A stretch of DNA of 64,000 bases from contig OZ059894.1 in assembly GCA_964057225.1 (NCBI GenBank), forward strand, positions 868,001-932,000. Reading direction: 5' to 3'. The notes under the pieces were generated by a model that saw nothing but the letters and a program-made list of their open reading frames with translations, did not search any database and was not told where the DNA came from. This document shows, piece by piece, positions 42,301 through 56,500 of the stretch. Position 1 is the stretch's first letter. Every line of letters begins with the position of its first letter. A program made the position numbers and the translations under genes. The DNA comes from Auanema rhodensis. Lineage: Eukaryota > Animalia > Nematoda.

Positions 42301-42831
42301 TTTTTAAGCTAGCACAAATCTGATAACACAGATCGACGCAGCTTAAAAATCCGCATCGAATGCACTATACTACATTGAGAAACGTTTGATACAAAAATTA
42401 GTTATGATCGTTTGAAAAATGATGCATTAGTGTATGTTGAGTTTCCATGTACACTCAACAATGCTTCCAAAAACATTTTGACAAAAATTTTTTCGAAAAA
42501 TTTCAAAATAATTTAGCAAAAAGTAGATGTTTTTAGATTCCATTTTTCAAGGCAAAGACGATGGACAATGTTATTCAACGAAAAAATTAATTCTTCAGGG
42601 TGAAAATCGAGGATATAAGTGTGAACTTATATCAGTTGATATCTCGGTGCATTTTTAAGCTAGCGCAAATCTGATAACACAGATCGACGCAGCTTAAAAA
42701 TCCGCATCGAATGCACTATACTACATTGAGAAACGTTTGATACAAAAATTAGTTATGATCGTTTGAAAAATGATGCATTAGTGTATGTTGAGTTTCCATG
42801 TACACTCAACAATGCTTCCAAAAACATTTTG
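39322..42831. repeat. 5-monomer (1755-bp) tandem duplication within the junction-proximal B subfamily
   Basis: Private variants recur 1755 bp apart: CCTTTATTC (39386/41141), GACAACAAT, AATCTGCATC, and the ATGATATTC/TATTCCTTC/GTGTAAACT/GATCCTTT unit (starts 40024/41779). Confidence 0.88.
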
Positions 42832-44235
42832 ACAAAAATTTTTTCGAAAAATTTCAGAATAATTTAGCAAAAAGTAGATGTTTTTAGATTCCATTTTTCA
42901 AGGCAAAGACGATGGACAATGTTATTCAACGAAAAAATTAATTCTTCAGGGTGAAAATCGAGGATATAAGTGTGAACTTATATCAGTTGATATCTCGGTG
43001 CATTTTTAAGCTAGCGCAAATCTGATAACACAGATCGACGCAGCTTAAAAATCCGCATCGAATGCACTATACTACTTTGAGAAACGCTTAATACAAAAAT
43101 TAGTTATGATCGTTTGAAAAATGATGCATTAGTGTATGTTGAGTTTCCATGTACACTCAACATTGCTTCCAAAAACATTTTGACAAAAATTTTTTCGAAA
43201 AATTTCAAAATAATTTAGCAAAAAGTAGATGTTTTTAGATTCCTTTTTTTAAGGCAAACACGATGGACAATGTTTTTCAACGAAAAAATTAGTTCTTCAG
43301 GGCGAAAATCGAGGATATAAGTGTGAACTTATATCAGTTGATATCTCGGTGCATTTTTAAGCTAGCGCAAATCTGATAACACAGATCGACGCAGCTGAAA
43401 AATCCGCATCGAATGCACTATACTACTTTGAGAAACGCTTAATACAAAAATTAGTTATGATCGTTTGAAAAATGATGCATTAGTGTATGTTGAGTTTCCA
43501 TGTACACTCAACATTGCTTCCAAAAACATTTTGACAAAAATTTTTTCAAAAAATTTCGAAATAATTTAGCAAAAAGTAGAAGTTTTTAGATTCCTTTTTT
43601 CAAGGCAAAGACGATAGACAATGTTATTCAACGAAAAAATTAATTCTTCAGGGTGAAAATCGAGGATATAAGTGTGAACTTATATCAGTTGATATCTCGG
43701 TGCATTTTTAAGCTAGCGCAAATCTGATAATACAGATCGACGCAGCTTAAAAATCCGCATCGAATGCACTATACTACTTTGAGAAACGCTTAATACAAAA
43801 ATTAGTTATGATCGTTTGAAAAATGATGCATTAGTGTATGTTGAGTTTCCATGTACACTCAACATTGCTTCCAAAAACATTTTGACAAAAATTTTTTCAA
43901 AAAATTTCAAAATAATTTAGCAAAAAGTAGATGTTTTTGGATTCCTTTTTTCAAGGCAAAGACGATAGACGATGTTATTCAACGAAAAAATTAATTCTTC
44001 AGGGTGAAAATCGAGGATATAAGTGTGAACTTATATCAGTTGATATCTCGGTGCATTTTTAAGCTAGCGCAAATCTGATAACACAGATCGATGCAGCTTA
44101 AAAATCCGCATCGAATGCACTATACTACTTTGAGAAACGCTTAATACAAAAATTAGTTATGATCGTTTGAAAAATGATGCATTAGTGTATGTTGAGTTTC
44201 CATGTACACTCAACATTGCTTCCAAAAACATTTTG

Positions 44236-47200
44236 ACAAAAATTTTTTCAAAAAATTTCGAAATAATTTAGCAAAAAGTAGAAGTTTTTAGATTCCTTTT
44301 TTCAAGGCAAAGACGATAGACAATGTTATTCAACGAAAAAATTAATTCTTCAGGGTGAAAATCGAGGATATAAGTGTGAACTTATATCAGTTGATATCTC
44401 GGTGCATTTTTAAGCTAGCGCAAATCTGATAATACAGATCGACGCAGCTTAAAAATCCGCATCGAATGCACTATACTACTTTGAGAAACGCTTAATACAA
44501 AAATTAGTTATGATCGTTTGAAAAATGATGCATTAGTGTATGTTGAGTTTCCATGTACACTCAACATTGCTTCCAAAAACATTTTGACAAAAATTTTTTC
44601 GAAAAATTTCAAAATAATTTAGCAAAAAGTAGATGTTTTTAGATTCCTTTTTTTAAGGCAAACACGATGGACAATGTTTTTCAACGAAAAAATTAGTTCT
44701 TCAGGGCGAAAATCGAGGATATAAGTGTGAACTTATATCAGTTGATATCTCGGTGCATTTTTAAGCTAGCGCAAATCTGATAACACAGATCGACGCAGCT
44801 TAAAAACCGCATCGAATGCACTATACTACTTTGAGAAACGCTTAATACAAAAATTAGTTATGATCGTTTGAAAAATGATGCATTAGTGTATGTTGAGTTT
44901 CCATGTACACTCAACATTGCTTCCAAAAACATTTTGACAAAAATTTTTTCAAAAAATTTCAAAATAATTTAGCAAAAAGTAGATGTTTTTAGATTCCTTT
45001 TTTCAAGGCAAAGACGATAGACGATGTTATTCAACGAAAAAATTAATTCTTCAGGGTGAAAATCGAGGATATAAGTGTGAACTTATATCAGTTGATATCT
45101 CGGTGCATTTTTAAGCTAGCGCAAATCTGATAACACAGATCGATGCAGCTTAAAAATCCGCATCGAATGCACTATACTACTTTGAGAAACGCTTAATACA
45201 AAAATTAGTTATGATCGTTTGAAAAATGATGCATTAGTGTATGTTGAGTTTCCATGTACACTCAACATTGCTTCCAAAAACATTTTGACAAAAATTTTTT
45301 CAAAAAATTTCAAAATAATTTAGCAAAAAGTAGATGTTTTTAGATTCCTTTTTTCAAGGCAAAGACGATAGACAATGTTATTCAACGAAAAAATTAATTC
45401 TTCAGGGTGAAAATCGAGGATATAAGTGTGAACATATAACAGTTGATATCTCGGTGCATTTTTAAGCTAGCGCAAATCTGATAACACAGATCGACGCAGC
45501 TTAAAAATCCGCATCGAATGCACTATACTACTTTGAGAAACGCTTAATACAAAAATTAGTTATGATCGTTTGAAAAATGATGCATTAGTGTATGTTGAGT
45601 TTCCATGTACACTCAACATTGCTTCCAAAAACATTTTGACAAAAATTTTTTCGAAAAATTTCAAAATAATTTAGCAAAAAGTAGATGTTTTAAGATTCCT
45701 TTTCTCAAGGCAAACACGATGGACAATGTTTTTCAACGAAAAAATTAGTTCTTCAGGGTGAAAATCGAGGATATAAGTGTGAACTTATATCAGTTGATAT
45801 CTCGGTGCATTTTTAAGCTAGCGCAAATCTGATAACACAGATCGACGCAGCTTAAAAACCGCATCGAATGCACTATACTACTTTGAGAAACGCTTAATAC
45901 AAAAATTAGTTATGATCGTTTGAAAAATGATGCATTAGTGTATGTTGAGTTTCCATGTACACTCAACATTGCTTCCAAAAACATTTTGACAAAAATTTTT
46001 TCAAAAAATTTCGAAATAATTTAGCAAAAAGTAGAAGTTTTTAGATTCCTTTTTTCAAGGCAAAGACGATAGATAATGTTATTCAACGAAAAAATTAATT
46101 CTTCAGGGTGAAAATCGAGGATATAAGTGTGAACTTATATCAGTTGATATCTCGGTGCATTTTTAAGCTAGCGCAAATCTGATAATACAGATCGACGCAG
46201 CTTAAAAATCCGCATCGAATGCACTATACTACTTTGAGAAACGCTTAATACAAAAATTAGTTATGATCGTTTGAAAAATGATGCATTAGTGTATGTTGAG
46301 TTTCCATGTACACTCAACATTGCTTCCAAAAACATTTTGACAAAAATTTTTTCAAAAAATTTCAAAATAATTTAGCAAAAAGTAGATGTTTTTAGATTCC
46401 TTTTTTCAAGGCAAAGACGATAGACGATGTTATTCAACGAAAAAATTAATTCTTCAGGGTGAAAATCGAGGATATAAGTGTGAACTTATATCAGTTGATA
46501 TCTCGGTGCATTTTTAAGCTAGCGCAAATCTGATAACACAGATCGATGCAGCTTAAAAATCCGCATCGAATGCACTATACTACTTTGAGAAACGCTTAAT
46601 ACAAAAATTAGTTATGATCGTTTGAAAAATGATGCATTAGTGTATGTTGAGTTTCCATGTACACTCAACATTGCTTCCAAAAACATTTTGACAAAAATTT
46701 TTTCAAAAAATTTCAAAATAATTTAGCAAAAAGTAGATGTTTTTAGATTCCTTTTTTCAAGGCAAAGACGATAGACAATGTTATTCAACGAAAAAATTAA
46801 TTCTTCAGGGTGAAAATCGAGGATATAAGTGTGAACATATAACAGTTGATATCTCGGTGCATTTTTAAGCTAGCGCAAATCTGATAACACAGATCGACGC
46901 AGCTTAAAAATCCGCATCGAATGCACTATACTACTTTGAGAAACGCTTAATACAAAAATTAGTTATGATCGTTTGAAAAATGATGCATTAGTGTATGTTG
47001 AGTTTCCATGTACACTCAACATTGCTTCCAAAAACATTTTGACAAAAATTTTTTCGAAAAATTTCAAAATAATTTAGCAAAAAGTAGATGTTTTAAGATT
47101 CCTTTTCTCAAGGCAAACACGATGGACAATGTTTTTCAACGAAAAAATTAGTTCTTCAGGGTGAAAATCGAGGATATAAGTGTGAACTTATATCAGTTGA

Positions 47201-50200
47201 TATCTCGGTGCATTTTTAAGCTAGCGCAAATCTGATAACACAGATCGACGCAGCTTAAAAACCGCATCGAATGCACTATACTACTTTGAGAAACGCTTAA
47301 TACAAAAATTAGTTATGATCGTTTGAAAAATGATGCATTAGTGTATGTTGAGTTTCCATGTACACTCAACATTGCTTCCAAAAACATTTTGACAAAAATT
47401 TTTTCAAAAAATTTCGAAATAATTTAGCAAAAAGTAGAAGTTTTTAGATTCCTTTTTTCAAGGCAAAGACGATAGATAATGTTATTCAACGAAAAAATTA
47501 ATTCTTCAGGGTGAAAATCGAGGATATAAGTGTGAACTTATATCAGTTGATATCTCGGTGCATTTTTAAGCTAGCGCAAATCTGATAATACAGATCGACG
47601 CAGCTTAAAAATCCGCATCGAATGCACTATACTACTTTGAGAAACGCTTAATACAAAAATTAGTTATGATCGTTTGAAAAATGATGCATTAGTGTATGTT
47701 GAGTTTCCATGTACACTCAACATTGCTTCCAAAAACATTTTGACAAAAATTTTTTCGAAAAATTTCAAAATAATTTAGCAAAAAGTAGATGTTTTTAGAT
47801 TCCTTTTTTTAAGGCAAACACGATGGACAATGTTTTTCAACGAAAAAATTAGTTCTTCAGGGCGAAAATCGAGGATATAAGTGTGAACTTATATCAGTTG
47901 ATATCTCGGTGCATTTTTAAGCTAGCGCAAATCTGATAACACAGATCGACGCAGCTTAAAAACCGCATCGAATGCACTATACTACTTTGAGAAACGCTTA
48001 ATACAAAAATTAGTTATGATCGTTTGAAAAATGATGCATTAGTGTATGTTGAGTTTCCATGTACACTCAACATTGCTTCCAAAAACATTTTGACAAAAAT
48101 TTTTTCAAAAAATTTCAAAATAATTTAGCAAAAAGTAGATGTTTTTAGATTCCTTTTTTCAAGGCAAAGACGATAGACGATGTTATTCAACGAAAAAATT
48201 AATTCTTCAGGGTGAAAATCGAGGATATAAGTGTGAACTTATATCAGTTGATATCTCGGTGCATTTTTAAGCTAGCGCAAATCTGATAACACAGATCGAT
48301 GCAGCTTAAAAATCCGCATCGAATGCACTATACTACTTTGAGAAACGCTTAATACAAAAATTAGTTATGATCGTTTGAAAAATGATGCATTAGTGTATGT
48401 TGAGTTTCCATGTACACTCAACATTGCTTCCAAAAACATTTTGACAAAAATTTTTTCAAAAAATTTCAAAATAATTTAGCAAAAAGTAGATGTTTTTAGA
48501 TTCCTTTTTTCAAGGCAAAGACGATAGACAATGTTATTCAACGAAAAAATTAATTCTTCAGGGTGAAAATCGAGGATATAAGTGTGAACATATAACAGTT
48601 GATATCTCGGTGCATTTTTAAGCTAGCGCAAATCTGATAACACAGATCGACGCAGCTTAAAAATCCGCATCGAATGCACTATACTACTTTGAGAAACGCT
48701 TAATACAAAAATTAGTTATGATCGTTTGAAAAATGATGCATTAGTGTATGTTGAGTTTCCATGTACACTCAACATTGCTTCCAAAAACATTTTGACAAAA
48801 ATTTTTTCGAAAAATTTCAAAATAATTTAGCAAAAAGTAGATGTTTTAAGATTCCTTTTCTCAAGGCAAACACGATGGACAATGTTTTTCAACGAAAAAA
48901 TTAGTTCTTCAGGGTGAAAATCGAGGATATAAGTGTGAACTTATATCAGTTGATATCTCGGTGCATTTTTAAGCTAGCGCAAATCTGATAACACAGATCG
49001 ACGCAGCTTAAAAACCGCATCGAATGCACTATACTACTTTGAGAAACGCTTAATACAAAAATCAGTTATGATCGTTTGAAAAATGATGCATTAGTGTATG
49101 TTGAGTTTCCATGTACACTCAACATTGCTTCCAAAAACATTTTGACAAAAATTTTTTCAAAAAATTTCGAAATAATTTAGCAAAAAGTAGAAGTTTTTAG
49201 ATTCCTTTTTTCAAGGCAAAGACGATAGACAATGTTATTCAACGAAAAAATTAATTCTTCAGGGTGAAAATCGAGGATATAAGTGTGAACTTATATCAGT
49301 TGATATCTCGGTGCATTTTTAAGCTAGCGCAAATCTGATAATACAGATCGACGCAGCTTAAAAATCCGCATCGAATGCACTATACTACTTTGAGAAACGC
49401 TTAATACAAAAATTAGTTATGATCGTTTGAAAAATGATGCATTAGTGTATGTTGAGTTTCCATGTACACTCAACATTGCTTCCAAAAACATTTTGACAAA
49501 AATTTTTTCGAAAAATTTCAAAATAATTTAGCAAAAAGTAGATGTTTTTAGATTCCTTTTTTTAAGGCAAACACGATGGACAATGTTTTTCAACGAAAAA
49601 ATTAGTTCTTCAGGGCGAAAATCGAGGATATAAGTGTGAACTTATATCAGTTGATATCTCGGTGCATTTTTAAGCTAGCGCAAATCTGATAACACAGATC
49701 GACGCAGCTTAAAAACCGCATCGAATGCACTATACTACTTTGAGAAACGCTTAATACAAAAATTAGTTATGATCGTTTGAAAAATGATGCATTAGTGTAT
49801 GTTGAGTTTCCATGTACACTCAACATTGCTTCCAAAAACATTTTGACAAAAATTTTTTCAAAAAATTTCAAAATAATTTAGCAAAAAGTAGATGTTTTTA
49901 GATTCCTTTTTCCAAGGCAAAGACGATAGACGATGTTATTCAACGAAAAAATTAATTCTTCAGGGTGAAAATCGAGGATATAAGTGTGAACTTATATCAG
50001 TTGATATCTCGGTGCATTTTTAAGCTAGCGCAAATCTGATAACACAGATCGATGCAGCTTAAAAATCCGCATCGAATGCACTATACTACTTTGAGAAACG
50101 CTTAATACAAAAATTAGTTATGATCGTTTGAAAAATGATGCATTAGTGTATGTTGAGTTTCCATGTACACTCAACATTGCTTCCAAAAACATTTTGACAA

Positions 50201-50898
50201 AAATTTTTTCAAAAAATTTCAAAATAATTTAGCAAAAAGTAGATGTTTTTAGATTCCTTTTTTCAAGGCAAAGACGATAGACAATGTTATTCAACGAAAA
50301 AATTAATTCTTCAGGGTGAAAATCGAGGATATAAGTGTGAACATATAACAGTTGATATCTCGGTGCATTTTTAAGCTAGCGCAAATCTGATAACACAGAT
50401 CGACGCAGCTTAAAAATCCGCATCGAATGCACTATACTACTTTGAGAAACGCTTAATACAAAAATTAGTTATGATCGTTTGAAAAATGATGCATTAGTGT
50501 ATGTTGAGTTTCCATGTACACTCAACATTGCTTCCAAAAACATTTTGACAAAAATTTTTTCGAAAAATTTCAAAATAATTTAGCAAAAAGTAGATGTTTT
50601 AAGATTCCTTTTCTCAAGGCAAACACGATGGACAATGTTTTTCAACGAAAAAATTAGTTCTTCAGGGTGAAAATCGAGGATATAAGTGTGAACTTATATC
50701 AGTTGATATCTCGGTGCATTTTTAAGCTAGCGCAAATCTGATAACACAGATCGACGCAGCTTAAAAATCCGCATCGAATGCACTATACTACTTTGAGAAA
50801 CGCTTAATATAAAAATTAGTTATGATCGTTTGAAAAATGATGCATTAGTGTATGTTGAGTTTCCATGTACACTCAACATTGCTTCCAAAAACATTTTG
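44236..50898. repeat. Higher-order repeat in array B: 5-mer E-X-D-C-B (about 1753 bp) x3 plus one 4-mer E-D-C-B
   Basis: Monomer types by diagnostic variants: E (TTTCGAAAT, GTAGAAG, TAATACAG) at 44236, 45989, 47392, 49145; X (TTTAAGG, GGGCG) at 44587, 47743, 49496; D (GACGATG, GATGCAG); C (AACATATAAC); B (TTTTAAGATTCCTTTTCTC). Confidence 0.88.
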
Positions 50899-53004
50899 AC
50901 AAAAATTTTTTCGAAAAATTTCAAAATAATTTAGCAAAAAGTAGATGTTTTTAGATTCCTTTTTCTAACGCAAAGACGATGGACAATGTTATTCAACGAA
51001 AAAATTAATTCTTCAGGGTGAAAATCGAGGATATAAGTGTGAACTTATATCAGTTGATATCTCGGTGCATTTTTAAGCTAGCGCAAATCTGATAACACAG
51101 ATCGATGCAGCTTAAAAATCCGCATCGAATGCACTATACTACTTTGAGAAACGCTTAATACAAAAATTAGTTATGATCGTTTGAAAAATGATGCATTAGT
51201 GTATGTTGAGTTTCCATGTACACTCAACATTGCTTCCAAAAACATTTTGACAAAAATTTTTTCAAAAAATTTCAAAATAATTTAGCAAAAAGTAGATGTT
51301 TTCAGATTCCTTTTTTCAAGGCAAAGACGATAGACAATGTTATTCAACGAAAAAATTAATTCTTCAGGGTGAAAATCGAGGATATAAGTGTGAACTTATA
51401 TCAGTTGATATCTCGGTGCATTTTTAAGCTAGCGCAAATCTGATAACACAGATCGACGCAGCTTAAAAATCCGCATCGAATGCACTATACTACTTTGAGA
51501 AACGTTTAATACAAAAATTAGTTATGATCGTTTGAAAAATGATGCATTAGTGTATGTTGAGTTTCCATGTACACTCTACATTGCTTCCAAAAACATTTTG
51601 ACAAAAATTTTTTCGAAAAATTTCAAAATAATTTAGCAAAAAGTAGATGTTTTAAGATTCCTTTTTTCAAGGCAAACACGATGGACAATGTTTTTCAACG
51701 AAAAAATTAGTTCTTCAGGGTGAAAATCGAGGATATATGTGTGAACTTATATCAGTTGATATCTCGGTGCATTTTCAAGCTAGCGCAAATCTGATAACAC
51801 AGATCGACGCAGCTTAAAAATCCGCATCGAATGCACTATACTACATTGAGAAACGCTTAATACAAAAATTAGTTATGATCGTTTGAAAAATGATGCATTA
51901 GTGTATGTTGAGTTTCCATGTACATTCAACATTGCTTCCAAAAACATTTTGACAAAAATTTTTTCGAAAAATTTCAAAATAATTTAGCAAAAAGTAGATG
52001 TTTTTAGATTCCTTTTTTTAAGGCAAACACGATGGACAATGTTATTCAACGAAAAAATTAATTCTTCAGGGTGAAAATCGAGGATATAAGTGTGAACTTA
52101 TATCAGTTGATATCTCGGTGCATTTTTAAGCTAGCGCAAATCTGATAACACAGATCGATGCAGCTTAAAAATCCGCATCGAATGCACTATACTACTTTGA
52201 GAAACGCTTAATACAAAAATTAGTTATGATCGTTTGAAAAATGATGCATTAGTGTATGTTGAGTTTCCATGTACACTCAACATTGCTTCCAAAAACATTT
52301 TGACAAAAATTTTTTCAAAAAATTTCAAAATAATTTAGCAAAAAGTAGATGTTTTCAGATTCCTTTTTTCAAGGCAAAGACGATAGACAATGTTATTCAA
52401 CGAAAAAATTAATTCTTCAGGGTGAAAATCGAGGATATAAGTGTGAACTTATATCAGTTGATATCTCGGTGCATTTTTAAGCTAGCGCAAATCTGATAAC
52501 ACAGATCGACGCAGCTTAAAAATCCGCATCGAATGCACTATACTACTTTGAGAAACGTTTAATACAAAAATTAGTTATGATCGTTTGAAAAATGATGCAT
52601 TAGTGTATGTTGAGTTTCCATGTACACTCTACATTGCTTCCAAAAACATTTTGACAAAAATTTTTTCGAAAAATTTCAAAATAATTTAGCAAAAAGTAGA
52701 TGTTTTAAGATTCCTTTTTTCAAGGCAAACACGATGGACAATGTTTTTCAACGAAAAAATTAGTTCTTCAGGGTGAAAATCGAGGATATATGTGTGAACT
52801 TATATCAGTTGATATCTCGGTGCATTTTCAAGCTAGCGCAAATCTGATAACACAGATCGACGCAGCTTAAAAATCCGCATCGAATGCACTATACTACATT
52901 GAGAAACGCTTAATACAAAAATTAGTTATGATCGTTTGAAAAATGATGCATTAGTGTATGTTGAGTTTCCATGTACATTCAACATTGCTTCCAAAAACAT
53001 TTTG
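50899..53004. repeat. 3-monomer (1053-bp) tandem duplication in array B
   Basis: Variants TTCAGATTCC (51303/52356), CTCTACA, GATATATGT, TTTTCAAGC and TACATTCAAC each recur 1053 bp apart. Confidence 0.85.
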
Positions 53005-53563
53005 ACAAAAATTTTTTCGAAAAATTTCAAAATAATTTAGCAAAAAGTAGATGTTTTTAGATTCCTTTTTTTAAGGCAAACACGATGGACAATGTTTTTC
53101 AACGAAAAAATTAGTTCTTCAGGGCGAAAATCGAGGATATAAGTGTGAACTTATATCAGTTGATATCTCGGTGCATTTTTAAGCTAGCGGAAATCTGATA
53201 ACACAGATCGACGCAGCTTAAAAATCCGCATCGAATGCACTATACTACTTTGAGAAACGCTTAATACAAAAATTAGTTATGATCGTTTGAAAAATGATGC
53301 ATTAGTGTATGTTGAGTTTCCATGTACACTCAACATTGCTTCCAAAAACATTTTGACAAAAATTTTTTCAAAAAATTTCAAAATAATTTAGCAAAAAGTA
53401 GATGTTTTTAGATTCCTTTTTTCAAGGCAAAGACGATAGACAATGTTATTCAACGAAAAAATTAATTCTTCAGGGTGAAAATCGAGGATATAAGTGTGAA
53501 CTTATATCAGTTGATATCTCGGTGCATTTTTAAGCTAGCGCAAATCTGATAACACAGATCGAC

Positions 53564-56500
53564 GCAGCTTAAAAATCCGCATCGAATGCACTATACTACT
53601 TTGAGAAACGCTTAATACAAAAATTAGTTATGATCGTTTGAAAAATGATGCATTAGTGTATGTTGAGTTTCCATGTACACTCAACATTGCTTCCAAAAAC
53701 ATTTTGACAAAAATTTTTTCGAAAAATTTCAAAATAATTTAGCAAAAAGTAGATGTTATAAGATTCCTTTTTTCAAGGCAAAGACGATAGACAATGTTAT
53801 TCAACGAAAAAATTAATTCTTCAGGGTGAAAATCGAGGATATAAGTGTGAACTTATATCAGTTGATATCTCGGTGCATTTTTAAGCTAGCGCAAATCTGA
53901 TAACACAGATCGACGCAGCTTAAAAATCCGCATCGAATGCACTATATTACAGTAAAAAATCTTCAATACAAAAATTAGTTATGATCGTTTGAAAAATGAT
54001 GCATTAGTGTATGTTGAGTTTCCATGTACACTCAACATTGCTTCCAAAAACATTTTGACAAAAATTTTTTCAAAAAATTTCAAAATAATTTAGCAAAAAG
54101 TAGATGTTTTTAGATTCCTTTTTTCAAGGCAAAGACGATAGACAATGTTATTCAACGAAAAAATTAATTCTTCAGGGTGAAAATCGAGGATATATGTGTG
54201 AACTTATATCAGTTGATATCTCGGTGCATTTTTAAGCTAGCGCAAATCTGATAACACAGATCGACGCAGCTTAAAAATCCGCATCGAATGCACTATACTA
54301 CTTTGAGAAACGCTCAATACAAAAATTAGTTATGATCGTTTGAAAAATGATGCATTAGTGTATGTTGAGTTTCCATGTACACTCAACATTGCTTCCAAAA
54401 ACATTTTGACAAAAATTTTTTCGAAAAATTTCAAAATAATTTAGCAAAAAGTAGATGTTATAAGATTCCTTTTTTCAAGGCAAAGACGATAGACAATGTT
54501 ATTCAACGAAAAAATTAATTCTTCAGGGTGAAAATCGAGGATATAAGTGTGAACTTATATCAGTTGATATCTCGGTGCATTTTTAAGCTAGCGCAAATCT
54601 GATAACACAGATCGACGCAGCTTAAAAATCCGCATCGAATGCACTATATTACAGTAAAAAATCTTCAATACAAAAATTAGTTATGATCGTTTGAAAAATG
54701 ATGCATTAGTGTATGTTGAGTTTCCATGTACACTCAACATTGCTTCCAAAAACATTTTGACAAAAATTTTTTCGAAAAATTTCAAAATAATTTAGCAAAA
54801 AGTAGATGTTTTTAGATTCCTTTTTCTAACGCAAAGACGATGGACAATGTTATTCAACGAAAAAATTAATTCTTCAGGGTGAAAATCGAGGATATAAGTG
54901 TGAACTTATATCAGTTGATATCTCGGTGCATTTTTAAGCTAGCGCAAATCTGATAACACAGATCGATGCAGCTTAAAAATCCGCATCGAATGCACTATAC
55001 TACTTTGAGGAACGCTTAATACAAAAATTAGTTATGATCGTTTGAAAAATGATGCATTAGTGTATGTTGAGTTTCCATGTACACTCAACATTGCTTCCAA
55101 AAACATTTTGACAAAAATTTTTTCAAAAAATTTCAAAATAATTTAGCAAAAAGTAGATGTTTTTAGATTCCTTTTTTCAAGGCAAAGACGATAGACAATG
55201 TTATTCAACGAAAAAATTAATTCTTCAGGGTGAAAATCGAGGATATAAGTGTGAACTTATATCAGTTGATATCTCGGTGCATTTTTAAGCTAGCGCAAAT
55301 CTGATAACACAGATCGACGCAGCTTAAAAATCCGCATCGAATGCACTATATTACAGTAAAAAATCTTCAATACAAAAATTAGTTATGATCGTTTGAAAAA
55401 TGATGCATTAGTGTATGTTGAGTTTCCATGTACACTCAACATTGCTTCCAAAAACATTTTGACAAAAATTTTTTCAAAAAATTTCAAAATAATTTAGCAA
55501 AAAGTAGATGTTTTTAGATTCCTTTTTTCAAGGCAAAGACGATAGACAATGTTATTCAACGAAAAAATTAATTCTTCAGGGTGAAAATCGAGGATATAAG
55601 TGTGAACTTATATCAGTTGATATCTCGGTGCATTTTTAAGCTAGCGCAAATCTGATAACACAGATCGACGCAGCTTAAAAATCCGCATCGAATGCACTAT
55701 ATTACAGTAAAAAATCTTCAATACAAAAATTAGTTATGATCGTTTGAAAAATGATGCATTAGTGTATGTTGAGTTTCCATGTACACTCAACATTGCTTCC
55801 AAAAACATTTTGACAAAAATTTTTTCGAAAAATTTCAAAATAATTTAGCAAAAAGTAGATGTTTTAAGATTCCTTTTTTCAAGGCAAACACGATGGACAA
55901 TGTTTTTCAACGAAAAAATTAGTTCTTCAGGGTGAAAATCGAGGATATAAGTGTGAACTTATATCAGTTGATATCTCGGTGCATTTTTAAGCTAGCGCAA
56001 ATCTGATAACACAGATCGACGCAGCTTAAAAATCCGCATCGAATGCACTATACTACTTTGAGAAACGCTTAATATAAAAATTAGTTATGATCGTTTGAAA
56101 AATGATGCATTAGTGTATGTTGAGTTTCCATGTACACTCAACATTGCTTCCAAAAACATTTTAACAAAAATTTTTTCGAAAAATTTCAAAATAATTTAGC
56201 AAAAAGTAGATGTTTTTAGATTCCTTTTTCTAACGCAAAGACGATGGACAATGTTATTCAACGTAAAAATTAATTCTTCAGGGTGAAAATCGAGGATATA
56301 AGTGTGAACTTATATCAGTTGATATCTCGGTGCATTTTTAAGCTAGCGCAAATCTGATAACACAGATCGACGCAGCTTAAAAATCCGCATCGAATGCACT
56401 ATATTACAGTAAAAAATCTTCAATACAAAAATTAGTTATGATCGTTTGAAAAATGATGCATTAGTGTATGTTGAGTTTCCATGTACACTCAACATTGCTT

